Positions 1 through 9,287 are shown, numbered from the stretch's first letter. The stretch is DNA of 64,000 bases from an uncultured Cytophagales bacterium (GCA_964244295.1 CAXTIG010000012.1:1-64000), one strand, 5' to 3'. Made by a program: numbers and translations. Notes: generated from the sequence alone by a model not told the origin.

Positions 1-286
1 GAGGTCCTCAGGCAGTTTGGTGGAAAATACACGATTACTTTTGCTTGACCCCTTAGAACCCGTCGGGCTAAAAGGCTTACTGGTCACTTCGGTTGAAAAA
101 AAATTCATTCCGCGTACTGAGCGTTCCCATTCAGGTTGAATTTCAGATGCCTTTTCATCCCAACGGCGACAGCCGGATTTTTCTAAGCGCCCGGTTGAAT
201 CTCGACCGCTACCATGTTTTCCCCGCCATCGGCATTGGGTTCAAGCAGTGGATGTACCGAAGTGGAAGACTCTCGAAGTACTGATT

Positions 287-1135
287 TTACTTTAGCCTCC
301 CCACCACCGCCTTCACCACCCGCGCCGAGTTCCGCGCCGCCAGGCCGTAAAACTGCCGGATGTCGCCCACTGCTGCGTCGTCGCCGTTGTCGGACAGGCT
401 GCGAATGACGAGGAAGGGGACGCGTTGTTGAAAACACACCTGCGCCACGGCGGCTCCTTCCATTTCCACGGCTTCGCCGCCGGTTTCGAGCCGGATTTGC
501 CGGTTCAGCGCGGTGTTCGCCATGAACACGTCGCCGGTCACGATCACCCCCGCCCTGATGCGGGGCGAACGCTGCCCGTTGACGGCCTCCAGCCGGATGG
601 TGTCGGCGATGGCCTTCGCCAGCAAACCCAGGGCCGAATCGGCGGGGAAAAAGACGGGGTTCTCGGCAAACGTGTAGGGGTTACGGGTAGCGCGGCGCAG
701 CATTCCCTGGGGCGTTTGCCGCCCGTAGTCGTGGTGAACGAGCCGGGTGCCGATGACCAGATCGCCGGGCTGCAAATCGGGGTTCATGCCGCCCGCGATG
801 CCGGTGAACAGCACCTCGCGGGGCCGGAAGTGTTCGAGTAGCAGCGCCGTGGTGAGGGCCGCGTTGACCTTGCCGATGCCCGCCCGCACCAGCACCACCC
901 GCCGCCCGGCCAGCCGCCCGACGTAGAAATCCAGGCCCTCGATCCGGCGGGTTTTCCGGCCCTGTATTTCGCTTTTCAACAGCGCCACCTCGTCGGCAAA
1001 AGCGCCGACTATGGCCGTACGGTTGCGGGTTTTTTTCGGGAAATCGGACGTGCCGCCGGGCTGGGTGATGAGGCCCTGGGCTGGGGAGAACGAGCCGCTT
1101 AGGAGAAGGGTCGTGAGAAGGAAAACAATTTTCAT
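287..1135 (-). CDS. mtnN: 5'-methylthioadenosine/S-adenosylhomocysteine nucleosidase (Pfs/MtnN family) with N-terminal signal peptide
   Basis: ORF 287..1228 trimmed to internal Met (MKIVFLLTTLLLSG, hydrophobic leader). Motifs typical of MTA/SAH nucleosidase are visible: TAIVGAFADEV, FTGIAGG, EMEGAAVAQVC, VIRSLSD. Confidence 0.8.
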   Translation of the reverse strand: MKIVFLLTTLLLSGSFSPAQGLITQPGGTSDFPKKTRNRTAIVGAFADEVALLKSEIQGRKTRRIEGLDFYVGRLAGRRVVLVRAGIGKVNAALTTALLLEHFRPREVLFTGIAGGMNPDLQPGDLVIGTRLVHHDYGRQTPQGMLRRATRNPYTFAENPVFFPADSALGLLAKAIADTIRLEAVNGQRSPRIRAGVIVTGDVFMANTALNRQIRLETGGEAVEMEGAAVAQVCFQQRVPFLVIRSLSDNGDDAAVGDIRQFYGLAARNSARVVKAVVGRLK

Positions 1136-1236
1136 AGTTAGGGTAAACTTCCCGAAAGCGTTCCACGCCGGATTAAAACGTTCGGGAAGTTGGGAAGAAG
1201 CACCTATTTTTGCCAAAAAACAACTCATTCTTTCAA

Positions 1237-1686
1237 ATGAAAAATCTCTTTCTCAGCCTGCTGGCCCTCGCCCTCTTCGCCAGCGCCCAGGCCCAAACCA
1301 GTTACCACGGCGCAAAATTCAACCCCGCCGGGGCCATCTCGCCCGACGAACTGGTGAAACGCCTCGACAGAGCCGACACCCTCGCCACGAAAGTACAAGG
1401 CACGGTGGAATCGGTTTGTGCCGTGAAGGGCTGCTGGATGAAGGTAAAACTCGCCGACGGTCAGACGATGCGCGTGACGTTTAAAGACTACGGGTTCTTC
1501 GTCCCGAAAGACATTGCCGGGCAAACGGTGGTGTTTGAAGGCAAGGCTTTCCAGAAAACCACCTCGGTGAAAGACCTCCAGCACTACGCCGAAGACGCGG
1601 GCAAGAGCAAGGCCGAAATCGCCAAAATCACCAAACCCGAACGCGCCGTGGGCTTCGTGGCCGACGGGGTGGTGGTGAAGCGGTAG
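1237..1686 (+). CDS. secreted protein, DUF4920-like
   Basis: ORF 1210..1686 trimmed to MKNLFLSLLALALFASAQA signal peptide. Size and composition resemble the DUF4920 family (recall only). Confidence 0.45.
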   Translation: MKNLFLSLLALALFASAQAQTSYHGAKFNPAGAISPDELVKRLDRADTLATKVQGTVESVCAVKGCWMKVKLADGQTMRVTFKDYGFFVPKDIAGQTVVFEGKAFQKTTSVKDLQHYAEDAGKSKAEIAKITKPERAVGFVADGVVVKR

Positions 1687-1694
1687 TTTGATGG

Positions 1695-1780
1695 GGTTTG
1701 AGGTTTGAAAAGTTTGAGGGTTTGAAGTTTGAATGAGGTAAGCACCTTTCAAATCTCAAACCACTTCAAACCCTCAAACC
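1695..1780. terminator. GTTTGA-rich palindrome between convergent genes (bidirectional terminator-like)
   Basis: Arms ggtttgaggtttgaaaagtttgagggtttgaagtttgaa / ttcaaatctcaaaccacttcaaaccctcaaacc are reverse complements. They lie between the stop of the + gene at 1686 and the stop of the - gene at 1783. Confidence 0.5.
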
Positions 1781-1782
1781 TT

Positions 1783-2505
1783 TTATCGAACCGAAATCCG
1801 CCGGCGGGTGAGCACGAGCGCGAAGGCGATCCAGGAAAGCAGGTAAACGACATTGCGCGAATCGACCAGGCCCCGGCCCAGGGCGTTGTACTGCGCATCG
1901 AGGCCGAGTTGGGCGAGCCAGTAGCCCGCGCCGCCCAGGCCGTCGAGACTTGCCAGGGCACCGAGGCCCACGTACAGCAGAAAGCAGACGAACACGGCCA
2001 GCAGAAAAGCCACGATCTGGCTGTCGGTCAGGGCCGAAGTCGCTACGCCGATGGCGGCAAACACGCCCCCCAGCAACAACAAACCGAGGTACGAACTCGC
2101 TACCGCCGCCGAGTCGAGGTTGCCCGCCGGGTTGCCGAGTTGATAGACCGAGGCGTAGTACACTAGCGTGGGGAGTAGCGTCAGGAAAATCAGGAACCAG
2201 CAGGCCAGGAATTTCCCCAGCACCAGCGCCCAGTCGGTAAGCGGCTTGGTGAGCAGCAGTTCGAGCGTGCCGCTGCGCCGTTCTTCGGCGAAGGTCCGCA
2301 TGGTGATGGCGGGGGCCAGAAATAAAAACACGTAGGGCGACAGGCTGAAAAACGCCCCCAGTTCGGCGTAGCCGTAGTTGAGCACGCTCGTGTCGGGAAA
2401 CACCCACAGCAGCAGCCCCAGCGCCGACAGGAAGACGCCCATCACGACGTACCCCACCAGCGAGGAAAGAAAGGAATTGATTTCTTTGCGGAAAATGGCG
2501 AGCAT
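1783..2505 (-). CDS. ABC-2 type transporter permease (gliding-motility GldF-like)
   Basis: 240 aa with multiple TM segments. N-terminus MLAIFRKEINSFLSSLVGY resembles GldF/ABC-2 permeases. No adjacent GldG, so the GldF assignment is tentative. Confidence 0.55.
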   Translation of the reverse strand: MLAIFRKEINSFLSSLVGYVVMGVFLSALGLLLWVFPDTSVLNYGYAELGAFFSLSPYVFLFLAPAITMRTFAEERRSGTLELLLTKPLTDWALVLGKFLACWFLIFLTLLPTLVYYASVYQLGNPAGNLDSAAVASSYLGLLLLGGVFAAIGVATSALTDSQIVAFLLAVFVCFLLYVGLGALASLDGLGGAGYWLAQLGLDAQYNALGRGLVDSRNVVYLLSWIAFALVLTRRRISVR

Positions 2506-2512
2506 GGGAACG

Positions 2513-2588
2513 AGGAGTGAGTAGTCAGGAGTGAGGAGAAAAGACCTTTTTTTCTCCTCACTCCTGACTACTCACTCCTTTTTTTATT
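2513..2588. terminator. hairpin (GGAGTGAG... / ...CTCACTCC) followed by T-run
   Basis: ggagtgagtagtcaggagtgagg and cctcactcctgactactcactcc are reverse complements, followed by tttttttatt. Lies just downstream of the - strand gene ending at 2584. Confidence 0.45.
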
Positions 2589-3108
2589 CAAACACCGGCT
2601 TTTCCCGGCGCATCACGGCGGCGATGATGAGCGAGAGGATAAAGCCAAACAGCAAGGCTCCGAATACGCTGAACACGAAAATGACCCCAGGGCTGGAAAA
2701 CATCGTGGTGTATTTTTCGGCTTGTTCGATCTGCTCCTCACTCATGCCGCTTTCTTCCCACTGGTCCCGGGCCATCGCCAGGCTTTTTTCGAGGGCCGAG
2801 GCATCGATAAATTTCAGGTAGACAAACGAAAACAAGCCCGCTACTACTCCCGACACGCCGCTCGTGAGCGTGCCCACGCCCAAGCCCTCACCGTAAGAAA
2901 GGTATCCATTGTTGAGGGTGCGAAATTCCTTCAGGGCATAAATCAGAATTCCTACGCCCACAACCAGGCCAAAGGCAATGTTGAGGGCGTTTAGGGAGGG
3001 GTCCTGGTACTTGCCGATCACGATCATGATGACGCTGTACACGATGCTGATCACGGCTGAAATCAGGCCCCATTTCAGGGCGACGCGGGCAGTGGAGGGT
3101 TTTTCCAT
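2584..3108 (-). CDS. small integral membrane protein (DUF4199-like)
   Basis: 174 aa with four predicted hydrophobic helices. Resembles the DUF4199 family from memory. Confidence 0.45.
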   Translation of the reverse strand: MEKPSTARVALKWGLISAVISIVYSVIMIVIGKYQDPSLNALNIAFGLVVGVGILIYALKEFRTLNNGYLSYGEGLGVGTLTSGVSGVVAGLFSFVYLKFIDASALEKSLAMARDQWEESGMSEEQIEQAEKYTTMFSSPGVIFVFSVFGALLFGFILSLIIAAVMRREKPVFE

Positions 3109-3120
3109 TGGGGTAGGGGT

Positions 3121-3693
3121 TTAGGGTTTGTGGTTGGAGATTAGACTCATCCGGCGGAAAAATACGGCAACCAGCGCGGAATACATAGAACTTAGCACCA
3201 GCCGAACAAAGGTAAAATTCGACCAGAAAATGGAACGGAGGTTGATTTCACCGATGCGGCGCAGCACGTCGTTGAAATCGACGGGCAGGCCATCGCGGTT
3301 GTTGCCAAACTGTTCACTCACCCGGCCCTGGTCGAGGAGCACCTGCCGTTTGAACTCGGCGATGGTGCGGGGAATCAAATCCGGGTCGAATTTCTGAATA
3401 AAACCGACCACCAGCAGCCCATCGAGCAAACAGGCCAGCAGCACCACGACCACGCAAATCCCGAAGCCTTCCAGAAAATGAATCGGGCGGCGATCCGTGG
3501 GGCGGCGGGCCGACCGGCTGAACTGCCGCACGGCCAGCGCCATGCAAATCCAGATGAACACCAGACTCAGGTTACGGCGCGGACTCAACGGCCCGGCATC
3601 GGCGTAGTACAGCACCAGAAAATACCCGAAACAGAGCAACCCGGCCAACATACCGAAAAGAAGCGCGGGGCGAAGAAAGGCAGTTTTTCCCAT
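3121..3693 (-). CDS. small integral membrane protein (second DUF4199-like paralogue)
   Basis: 190 aa, hydrophobic, in tandem with the previous gene. Confidence 0.4.
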   Translation of the reverse strand: MGKTAFLRPALLFGMLAGLLCFGYFLVLYYADAGPLSPRRNLSLVFIWICMALAVRQFSRSARRPTDRRPIHFLEGFGICVVVVLLACLLDGLLVVGFIQKFDPDLIPRTIAEFKRQVLLDQGRVSEQFGNNRDGLPVDFNDVLRRIGEINLRSIFWSNFTFVRLVLSSMYSALVAVFFRRMSLISNHKP

Positions 3694-3696
3694 CGG

Positions 3697-4983
3697 TTAC
3701 AGGACGTCTACCCGGCCTTTGTTGACCACCGCCAGCGCCCGTCCTTTCAGACTCGCCCCCAAAAACGGCGAATTTTTCGCCCGCGAACGCAGCCCGGCCT
3801 CGGTGGGGGTCCACTCGGCGATGGGGTCGAACACGGTGAGGGTGGCGGGTTGGTCTTCTTCCAAAACGGGCTGCGCAAGGCCGAGCAAACGGCGCGGGGC
3901 CACCGTGAATTTTTCAATCAAATTTTCCAGCGAAAGCCGGTTGTCGTTGAACGTATTCGCCACGGCGAAGGCCGTTTCCAGCCCCACCGCCCCGAAATCG
4001 GCCTGGTCGAATTCAAGGTGCTTGCTTTCCACGTCGTGGGGATGGTGGTCACTCACGATGGCGTCGAGGGTGCCGTCGGCCAGGCCCGCCCAGAGCGCCT
4101 GGCGGTCGGCTTCGCTGCGGAAGGGGGGCGACACTTTCAGGTTCGTATCGAAATTCGTCAGGGCTTCGTCGGTCAGGGCGAGGTGGTGGGCGGCCACGTC
4201 GGCACTCACGGGCAGGCCGCGCTTTTTGGCTTCCCGCACCAGTTCCACCGCCCCGGCACTCGACAGCAGCGCGAAATGCAGCCGGGGCCGGGCGGCGCCG
4301 GGCTGGTCGAGCAGGTATTCCAGCAGGCGCAGGTCGCGGGCAATCATCAGTTCCTCGGCCATTGGTGGGATGCCCTTCAGGCCGAGCCGGGTGCTGACGT
4401 GCCCCTCGTGCATTTGCCCGAACTTCGCCAGCGTTGGTTCTTCGGGCCGGTTGATGACTAGTCCGCCGACGGGTGCCAGGTACTGCAATGATTTCAGGAG
4501 CAGGTCGGCGTTCCAGGCTGGGTGCTCGCCGTCGGTGAAGGCCACCGCGCCCGCGTGGTGCAGGTCGAGCATTTCGGTGAAATCCTCGCCTTCGGTTTTC
4601 AGCGTCAGGGCAGCCATCGGGTGCAGCCGCACGAGTTGGCCTTCGCCGAAGCGTTTGACGTACAACACGCCTTCTTTCGTTTGCACGACGGGCTTCGTGT
4701 TGGGTAAGAGCGCCACCTCGGTAAAGCCGCCCGCCGCCGCCGCCCGGCTCAACGTCGTTAGGTCTTCTTTCGCCTCAAAACCAGGATCTTTGGCGTGGGC
4801 ACGGAGGTCGAACCAGCCCGCCGACACGTGAAGGTTGTCGCTGCGCAGGGTCTGGTCGGCGGGGGTATCGATTTTTTCGGCCAGTTGGGCGATTCGTCCG
4901 TTTTCCACCAACACGTCGCGCCGTTGCCCGTGGTGCGGCGAGCCGGGGAAGAGAATTCGGGCCGAAAGGAGGAGTAAATTCAT
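3697..4983 (-). CDS. pyrC: dihydroorotase-family amidohydrolase (PyrC-like; first HxH metal motif degenerate)
   Basis: 428 aa. DHOase motifs are present: DAIVSDHHPHDVESK (like D-H-A-P-H) and GxFTD. Where type-I DHOase has D-x-H-x-H-L-R-E-P-G this protein has D-L-R-A-H-A-K-D-P-G, so the first His is Arg. Confidence 0.7.
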   Translation of the reverse strand: MNLLLLSARILFPGSPHHGQRRDVLVENGRIAQLAEKIDTPADQTLRSDNLHVSAGWFDLRAHAKDPGFEAKEDLTTLSRAAAAGGFTEVALLPNTKPVVQTKEGVLYVKRFGEGQLVRLHPMAALTLKTEGEDFTEMLDLHHAGAVAFTDGEHPAWNADLLLKSLQYLAPVGGLVINRPEEPTLAKFGQMHEGHVSTRLGLKGIPPMAEELMIARDLRLLEYLLDQPGAARPRLHFALLSSAGAVELVREAKKRGLPVSADVAAHHLALTDEALTNFDTNLKVSPPFRSEADRQALWAGLADGTLDAIVSDHHPHDVESKHLEFDQADFGAVGLETAFAVANTFNDNRLSLENLIEKFTVAPRRLLGLAQPVLEEDQPATLTVFDPIAEWTPTEAGLRSRAKNSPFLGASLKGRALAVVNKGRVDVL

Positions 4984-4986
4984 TTG

Positions 4987-5012
4987 GCAAAAAAAAAGCC
5001 CAGCTGGGCTTT
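4987..5012 (-). terminator. rho-independent terminator of gcvH (GC hairpin plus U-run on minus strand)
   Basis: aaaaaaaaagcccagctgggcttt: stem gcccagc/gctgggc. On the minus strand the stem is followed by nine U. Confidence 0.6.
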
Positions 5013-5100
5013 CGGGATGAATTGGGGCTGCCTACGGCGTTGGCTGAAGTGAAAGGTTTGGTGTGGGGAAATGCTCCGACCAGAGGTCGGAGCCACCTTT

Positions 5101-5478
5101 TTAGCCAACGAGCGCCTCGTAGGCGGCGGCATCCATCAGCCCGTCTACCTCGGCGGGGTCGCTCACCTGAAGCTTGATCAGCCAGCCGTCGCCGTAGGGA
5201 TCCGAGTTGACCAGTTCGGGCGAATCGACGGCCTTCGGGTTTACTTCGAGCACGGTACCGGCCACGGGCAGAAATAAATCGGAGACGGTTTTGACGGCCT
5301 CCACGCTGCCAAAAACATCGTTTTCGGCCAGGGTCTCACCAGTCGTTTCAATTTCGACAAACACGATGTCACCCAGTTCACTCTGGGCAAAATCGGTGAT
5401 GCCGACGGTGGCAATGTCGCCCTCCAGGGAAATCCACTCGTGTTCTTTCGTATAGCGTAGGGTAGCCGGAATGTTCAT
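5101..5478 (-). CDS. gcvH: glycine cleavage system H protein
   Basis: ORF trimmed to MNIPATLRYTKEHEWI. Lipoyl-Lys motif ESVKTVSD-like (VEAVKTVSDL) and GDGWL are typical of GcvH. 126 aa. Confidence 0.9.
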   Translation of the reverse strand: MNIPATLRYTKEHEWISLEGDIATVGITDFAQSELGDIVFVEIETTGETLAENDVFGSVEAVKTVSDLFLPVAGTVLEVNPKAVDSPELVNSDPYGDGWLIKLQVSDPAEVDGLMDAAAYEALVG

Positions 5479-5536
5479 GGGAATTGCTTGGAATTGGGCC
5501 GCAAGATAGAGGATGCGGCGGGAAAAACCCGAAAAA

Positions 5537-5646
5537 CCCCCAACCGACCCTCGGACCGCCCCTGAAGGGGGCTTTTCCATTGCTGACACTTTCAAAATTC
5601 CAGGCAGGAAAGCCCCCTTCAGGGGCGGTCCGACGGTCGGTTGGGG
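5537..5646. repeat. 38-bp-arm palindrome in the divergent gcvH/flotillin intergenic region
   Basis: ccccaaccgaccctcggaccgcccctgaagggggcttt ... aaagcccccttcaggggcggtccgacggtcggttgggg. Reverse complements with one mismatch and a 33-nt spacer. Confidence 0.6.
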
Positions 5647-5787
5647 TATTCCGGGGGTAGTTCTCCCAAAATTCCTCCTTAGTTTCACCCGCTCATCGGA
5701 ACGTTTCAGCGGTTTGGCCCAAACCGAATCAACACCGATTCTTCCGTTGAGTACGTTTGCCCACCTTCAACCAAAACAAATTCCATC

Positions 5788-7692
5788 ATGCCCCTTTCTC
5801 TACTCCCCTGGGGGATTGCGCTCGTCGCGGTCGTCCTGCTTTTTCTATTTTACCGGCTGGTTTTCAGGCTATTCGGAGTCGTGATGGTGCCAGAAGACCG
5901 CGTGGGGTTGGTCACGAAAAAATTCGTATTGTTCGGGGATAAAAAATCCCTTCCCGAAGGCCGCCTCATCGCCACCGACGGCGAGGCGGGCTACCAGGCC
6001 AAAACCCTCGCGCCCGGCATTTATTTCTGGTACTGGTTCTGGCAGTACGACATCAAACTCGAAACCCTGACCATTATCCCCACCGGGCAAATCGGGCTGA
6101 TTCTGGCCAAAGATGGCAAAGAAGTCGAAACGGGCCGCATCCTGGGCCGTAAAGTGGCCTGCGACAGCTACCAGGACGCCGAGGCCTTCCTGCGCGGCGG
6201 CGGGCGCAAGGGACGGCAGGCGCCGGTCATCACGGCGGGCACGTACCGCTTCAACACGTTTTTGTTTGAGATCCAACTCCACGAACTCACCCGGATTCAG
6301 GAAAACATGGTTGGCATCGTCACCACGCAGGACGGCGAGGCCATTGCGGGCGGGCAGATTGCGGGCCTGCCCGTCGAGGGCCACAACAATTTTCAGGACG
6401 CCGAAACCTTCCTCAACGCGGGCGGTAACCGGGGACTGCAACAGCAGGTGATTCTGTCGGGGATGTACAACCTCAACCCCTGGTTCGTGAAAATCGAGGA
6501 AATCAAAATGACCGAAATTCCCATCGGCAACGTGGGCGTGGTCATTAGCTACGTCGGCGACGAAGGCAAAGACCTCAGCGGCGTCGAATTCCGGCACGGC
6601 AACATCGTGGCGAAGGGCTTCAAGGGCGTCTGGGCTGACCCGCTGGGGCCGGGCAAATACCCCATCAACCCCTTCATCATGCGCGTGGAGCCGGTGCCGA
6701 CCACCAACCTCGTGCTCAACTGGGCCAACGCCCGCAGCGAGTCGCATCAGTTGGACAAAAACCTCTCGACCATCTCGGTGCGCTCCAAAGACGGCTTCCA
6801 GTTCAACCTCGACGTCTCGCAAATCATCCACATCCCCACCACCGAGGCCCCGAAGGTGATTGCCCGCTTTGGCAACATGACCAACCTTGTCAGCCAGGTA
6901 CTCGAACCCACCATCGGCAACTACTTCCGCAACTCGGCCCAGGACGCCGACGTGATTGCCTTTCTCACCAGCCGCAAAGAGCGCCAGGAATCGGCCCGGA
7001 GCCACATCGGCAAGGTGCTGGCCGAGTACAACGTCAACGGCGTGGACACCCTCATCGGCGACATCGTGCCGCCCGAATCGCTGATGAAAACCCTCACCGA
7101 CCGCAAACTGGCCGAGGAGCAGAAAGTGACCTACGAAACCCAACGCAAAGCCCAGGAAACCCGGCAGGCGTTTGAAAAAGAAACGGCCATTGCCGACATT
7201 CAGAAAGACATCGTCAAGGCCGACCAGGGCGTCATCATCGCCGAGCGCATCGCCGATGCCGCCGTGAAAAAAGCGACGGGTGAAGCTAGCAGCCTTAAAA
7301 TTCAAGCGGCGGCGGAGGCCGAGCGGGTCAAACTCCAGGCCGGGGCCGAAGCCGAACGGGTGAAATTGGTGGCTTCCGCCGAAGCCGAAAAAATTGCCAA
7401 AACCGGCAACGCCGAAGCCGAGAGCATCCTGGCGATTGGGAAAGCCAACGCCGAAGCCTACGAACTGGCCGTGAACGCGATGGGTGAGGGCAACTTCACC
7501 CAACTTAAAATCACGGAACACATCGGTAAGGAAAAAATCAAACTCATGCCCGACCTCCTCATCACCGGCGGCGACAACGGCACGGGCGGCCCGATGAACG
7601 GCCTCCTCGGCCTCAAACTCCTCGAACAAATGGGCGAACGGATTGTGCCGGGGAACGGGAAGAATGGGGTGGGGAAGGAGGAGATGGGATAG
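5788..7692 (+). CDS. flotillin/SPFH (band-7) family protein
   Basis: 634 aa. N-terminal TM helix, then SPFH-like region, then long Ala/Glu-rich coiled coil (AEAERVKLQAGAEAERVKL...), typical of bacterial flotillin (YqiK-like). Confidence 0.75.
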   Translation: MPLSLLPWGIALVAVVLLFLFYRLVFRLFGVVMVPEDRVGLVTKKFVLFGDKKSLPEGRLIATDGEAGYQAKTLAPGIYFWYWFWQYDIKLETLTIIPTGQIGLILAKDGKEVETGRILGRKVACDSYQDAEAFLRGGGRKGRQAPVITAGTYRFNTFLFEIQLHELTRIQENMVGIVTTQDGEAIAGGQIAGLPVEGHNNFQDAETFLNAGGNRGLQQQVILSGMYNLNPWFVKIEEIKMTEIPIGNVGVVISYVGDEGKDLSGVEFRHGNIVAKGFKGVWADPLGPGKYPINPFIMRVEPVPTTNLVLNWANARSESHQLDKNLSTISVRSKDGFQFNLDVSQIIHIPTTEAPKVIARFGNMTNLVSQVLEPTIGNYFRNSAQDADVIAFLTSRKERQESARSHIGKVLAEYNVNGVDTLIGDIVPPESLMKTLTDRKLAEEQKVTYETQRKAQETRQAFEKETAIADIQKDIVKADQGVIIAERIADAAVKKATGEASSLKIQAAAEAERVKLQAGAEAERVKLVASAEAEKIAKTGNAEAESILAIGKANAEAYELAVNAMGEGNFTQLKITEHIGKEKIKLMPDLLITGGDNGTGGPMNGLLGLKLLEQMGERIVPGNGKNGVGKEEMG

Positions 7693-7742
7693 CGCCTAAT
7701 TCTCCCCGACGGCGTTGCGGCTGAGGAAGGCGTTTTATGAGC

Positions 7743-8639
7743 CTGTTTAAAGTTTAGAAATAGCGACGGCGCAAAAAGCCGAATTTTGGAGTCGCCAAAC
7801 ACCCAAAACTCACTTTTGCGCCGTGCTCAACAAAGATATTATTCAAAAGCATGTGGTGGCTCATTTAAGTCAGGCCCGACGGGGGATGCCCCCTAAAGTT
7901 GCTCACAGCCAGATTCTTTTAGCGATTCTTTACCGGTTGAAAACCGGTTGCCAGTGGCGGGAGTTGCCCACCGAGCGCTTCTTCGGCGGGCAATACTACA
8001 CCTGGCAGGCCGTCTACCACCACTTCCGCAAGTGGGCTCAGGATGGCAGCTTTCAAGCCGCTTGGCTTGCCCTGCTGACCGAATTTCGCGCCAGTCTGGA
8101 TTTGTCGAGCGTGCAGTTAGACGGTAGTTACACCTGGGCCCGAAAAGGCGGCCAGGCAGTCGGCTATCAACCCCGCCAGCGGGCACAGGCCACGAACCTA
8201 CTGTTTGTCTGCGACAACCAGGGCCAGATGCTGGCTTGCAGTGAAGCCCTCAGCGGGGAGCATCACGACAGCTATCAACTTGGTGTCGTCTTCGGGCAAC
8301 TCACCGGCCTTTTGAAACAAGCAGGGTTGGCCGTTGAGGGCCTGTTTCTGAATGCTGACGCGGGTTTTGACACCGATGATTTTCGCCAACATTGCTACCG
8401 CCAGGGCATCCAGGCCAATATCGCCCGCAACGGCCGCCGCCAGGAGGGGGCCCTGTACTTCGATGAGCAATTGTACCAGCGTCGGTTACTTATTGAGCAG
8501 AGCCACGCCTGGCTTGACAGCTTGAAGGCCCTGCTGGTGCGTTTTGAGCAACGTGCCCAGCACTGGCTGGCCCTGCACTACCTGGCTTTCTGCCTACAGT
8601 TCCTGCGTAGGCTCAGCCGTAAAAACAAACTTTAAACAG
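7743..8639 (+). mobile_element. IS5-family insertion sequence (about 897 bp) with 13-16-bp terminal inverted repeats
   Basis: Left end ctgtttaaagttt (7743-7755) is the reverse complement of the right end aaactttaaacag (8627-8639). The repeat is extendable to 16 bp with one mismatch. It encloses a single transposase ORF. Confidence 0.75.
7823..8635 (+). CDS. IS5-family DDE transposase
   Basis: 270 aa. N-terminal IS4/5-type HTH region (LLAILYRLKTGCQWRELP) and C-terminal DDE region (LLFVCDNQG..., LNADAGFD...), typical of the short IS5/IS1031-group transposases. Confidence 0.8.
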   Translation: MLNKDIIQKHVVAHLSQARRGMPPKVAHSQILLAILYRLKTGCQWRELPTERFFGGQYYTWQAVYHHFRKWAQDGSFQAAWLALLTEFRASLDLSSVQLDGSYTWARKGGQAVGYQPRQRAQATNLLFVCDNQGQMLACSEALSGEHHDSYQLGVVFGQLTGLLKQAGLAVEGLFLNADAGFDTDDFRQHCYRQGIQANIARNGRRQEGALYFDEQLYQRRLLIEQSHAWLDSLKALLVRFEQRAQHWLALHYLAFCLQFLRRLSRKNKL

Positions 8640-8674
8640 ACTCTATAGTATTTTTACTCGTAATTCGTTCAGCC

Positions 8675-8977
8675 ATGCCTAAACTGTATGAGTATTTTGG
8701 ACTGAAGGTCTTTTTCTACTCGAAGGAACACTTACCGATTCATGTTCACGTTGAGTACAACGAATACGTGAGCATTGCGGAATTACTCTTTGAAAATGGA
8801 CAACTTGCTACGATTACCTGGCGAAAGAAAAGGGCTAAAAATCCTCTACCTTCCGCCCAGTTGACTAAAGCGGAAGCGTTGTTGCATTTCAAAGCAGTCG
8901 AAATCGCATCGAAGTGGAATGCGTATTTTGTGTTGAACGCGGAAGTGAAACCCGAAAAAATTACCAAAAAGCTGTAG
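8675..8977 (+). CDS. DUF4160 family protein
   Basis: 100 aa. MPKLYEYFGLKVFFYSKEHLPIHVHVEY matches the DUF4160 signature (MP..f.....iyf.DH.PpHfHv). Confidence 0.65.
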   Translation: MPKLYEYFGLKVFFYSKEHLPIHVHVEYNEYVSIAELLFENGQLATITWRKKRAKNPLPSAQLTKAEALLHFKAVEIASKWNAYFVLNAEVKPEKITKKL

Positions 8978-9258
8978 TGGTGAAAACGAAAGCACTGGCA
9001 CAACTCTCGGATGAGGTGGTATTGACCGAGGCCCGTTACGTAGACGGTCATCGGATTGCTTTTACCTTTAGCGACGAGCATCGGAACGTCGTGGATTTTT
9101 GGCCGTTCCTGTCGCGACCCAATCAAAACCCAATGGTCAAGAAATACATGGACGTGGAAAAATTCAAAGTCTTCGAGGTCGTTCACGACACTGACATTTC
9201 CTGGAACGATTACGAGATGTGTTTTGAGATGGAAGATTTATACCACGGCACGATTTGA
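8977..9258 (+). CDS. DUF2442 family protein (GTG start overlapping upstream stop, TAGTG)
   Basis: In-frame GTG overlaps the stop of the DUF4160 gene. C-terminal ISWNDYEMCFEMEDLYHG matches the DUF2442 tail (isWp.g.dis.e.LY). Confidence 0.6.
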   Translation: MVKTKALAQLSDEVVLTEARYVDGHRIAFTFSDEHRNVVDFWPFLSRPNQNPMVKKYMDVEKFKVFEVVHDTDISWNDYEMCFEMEDLYHGTI

Positions 9259-9287
9259 GCCGTTCGTCAGTCCGAGATAACGTAGTA

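Noticed and set aside
93-284. 63-aa ORF at the window start
   Set aside because: No recognisable features. Lies in the region downstream of the mtnN stop. Too short and unsupported.
3478-4831. Two long + strand ORFs (327 and 370 aa) over the pyrC-like gene
   Set aside because: Arg/Ser/Ala-rich antisense translations. The minus-strand amidohydrolase has clear motifs.
5869-7629. 586-aa ORF antisense to the flotillin gene
   Set aside because: Gly/Ala/Val/Asp-rich low-complexity translation typical of a shadow ORF on the opposite strand of a high-GC gene. The sense-strand gene has clear family motifs.
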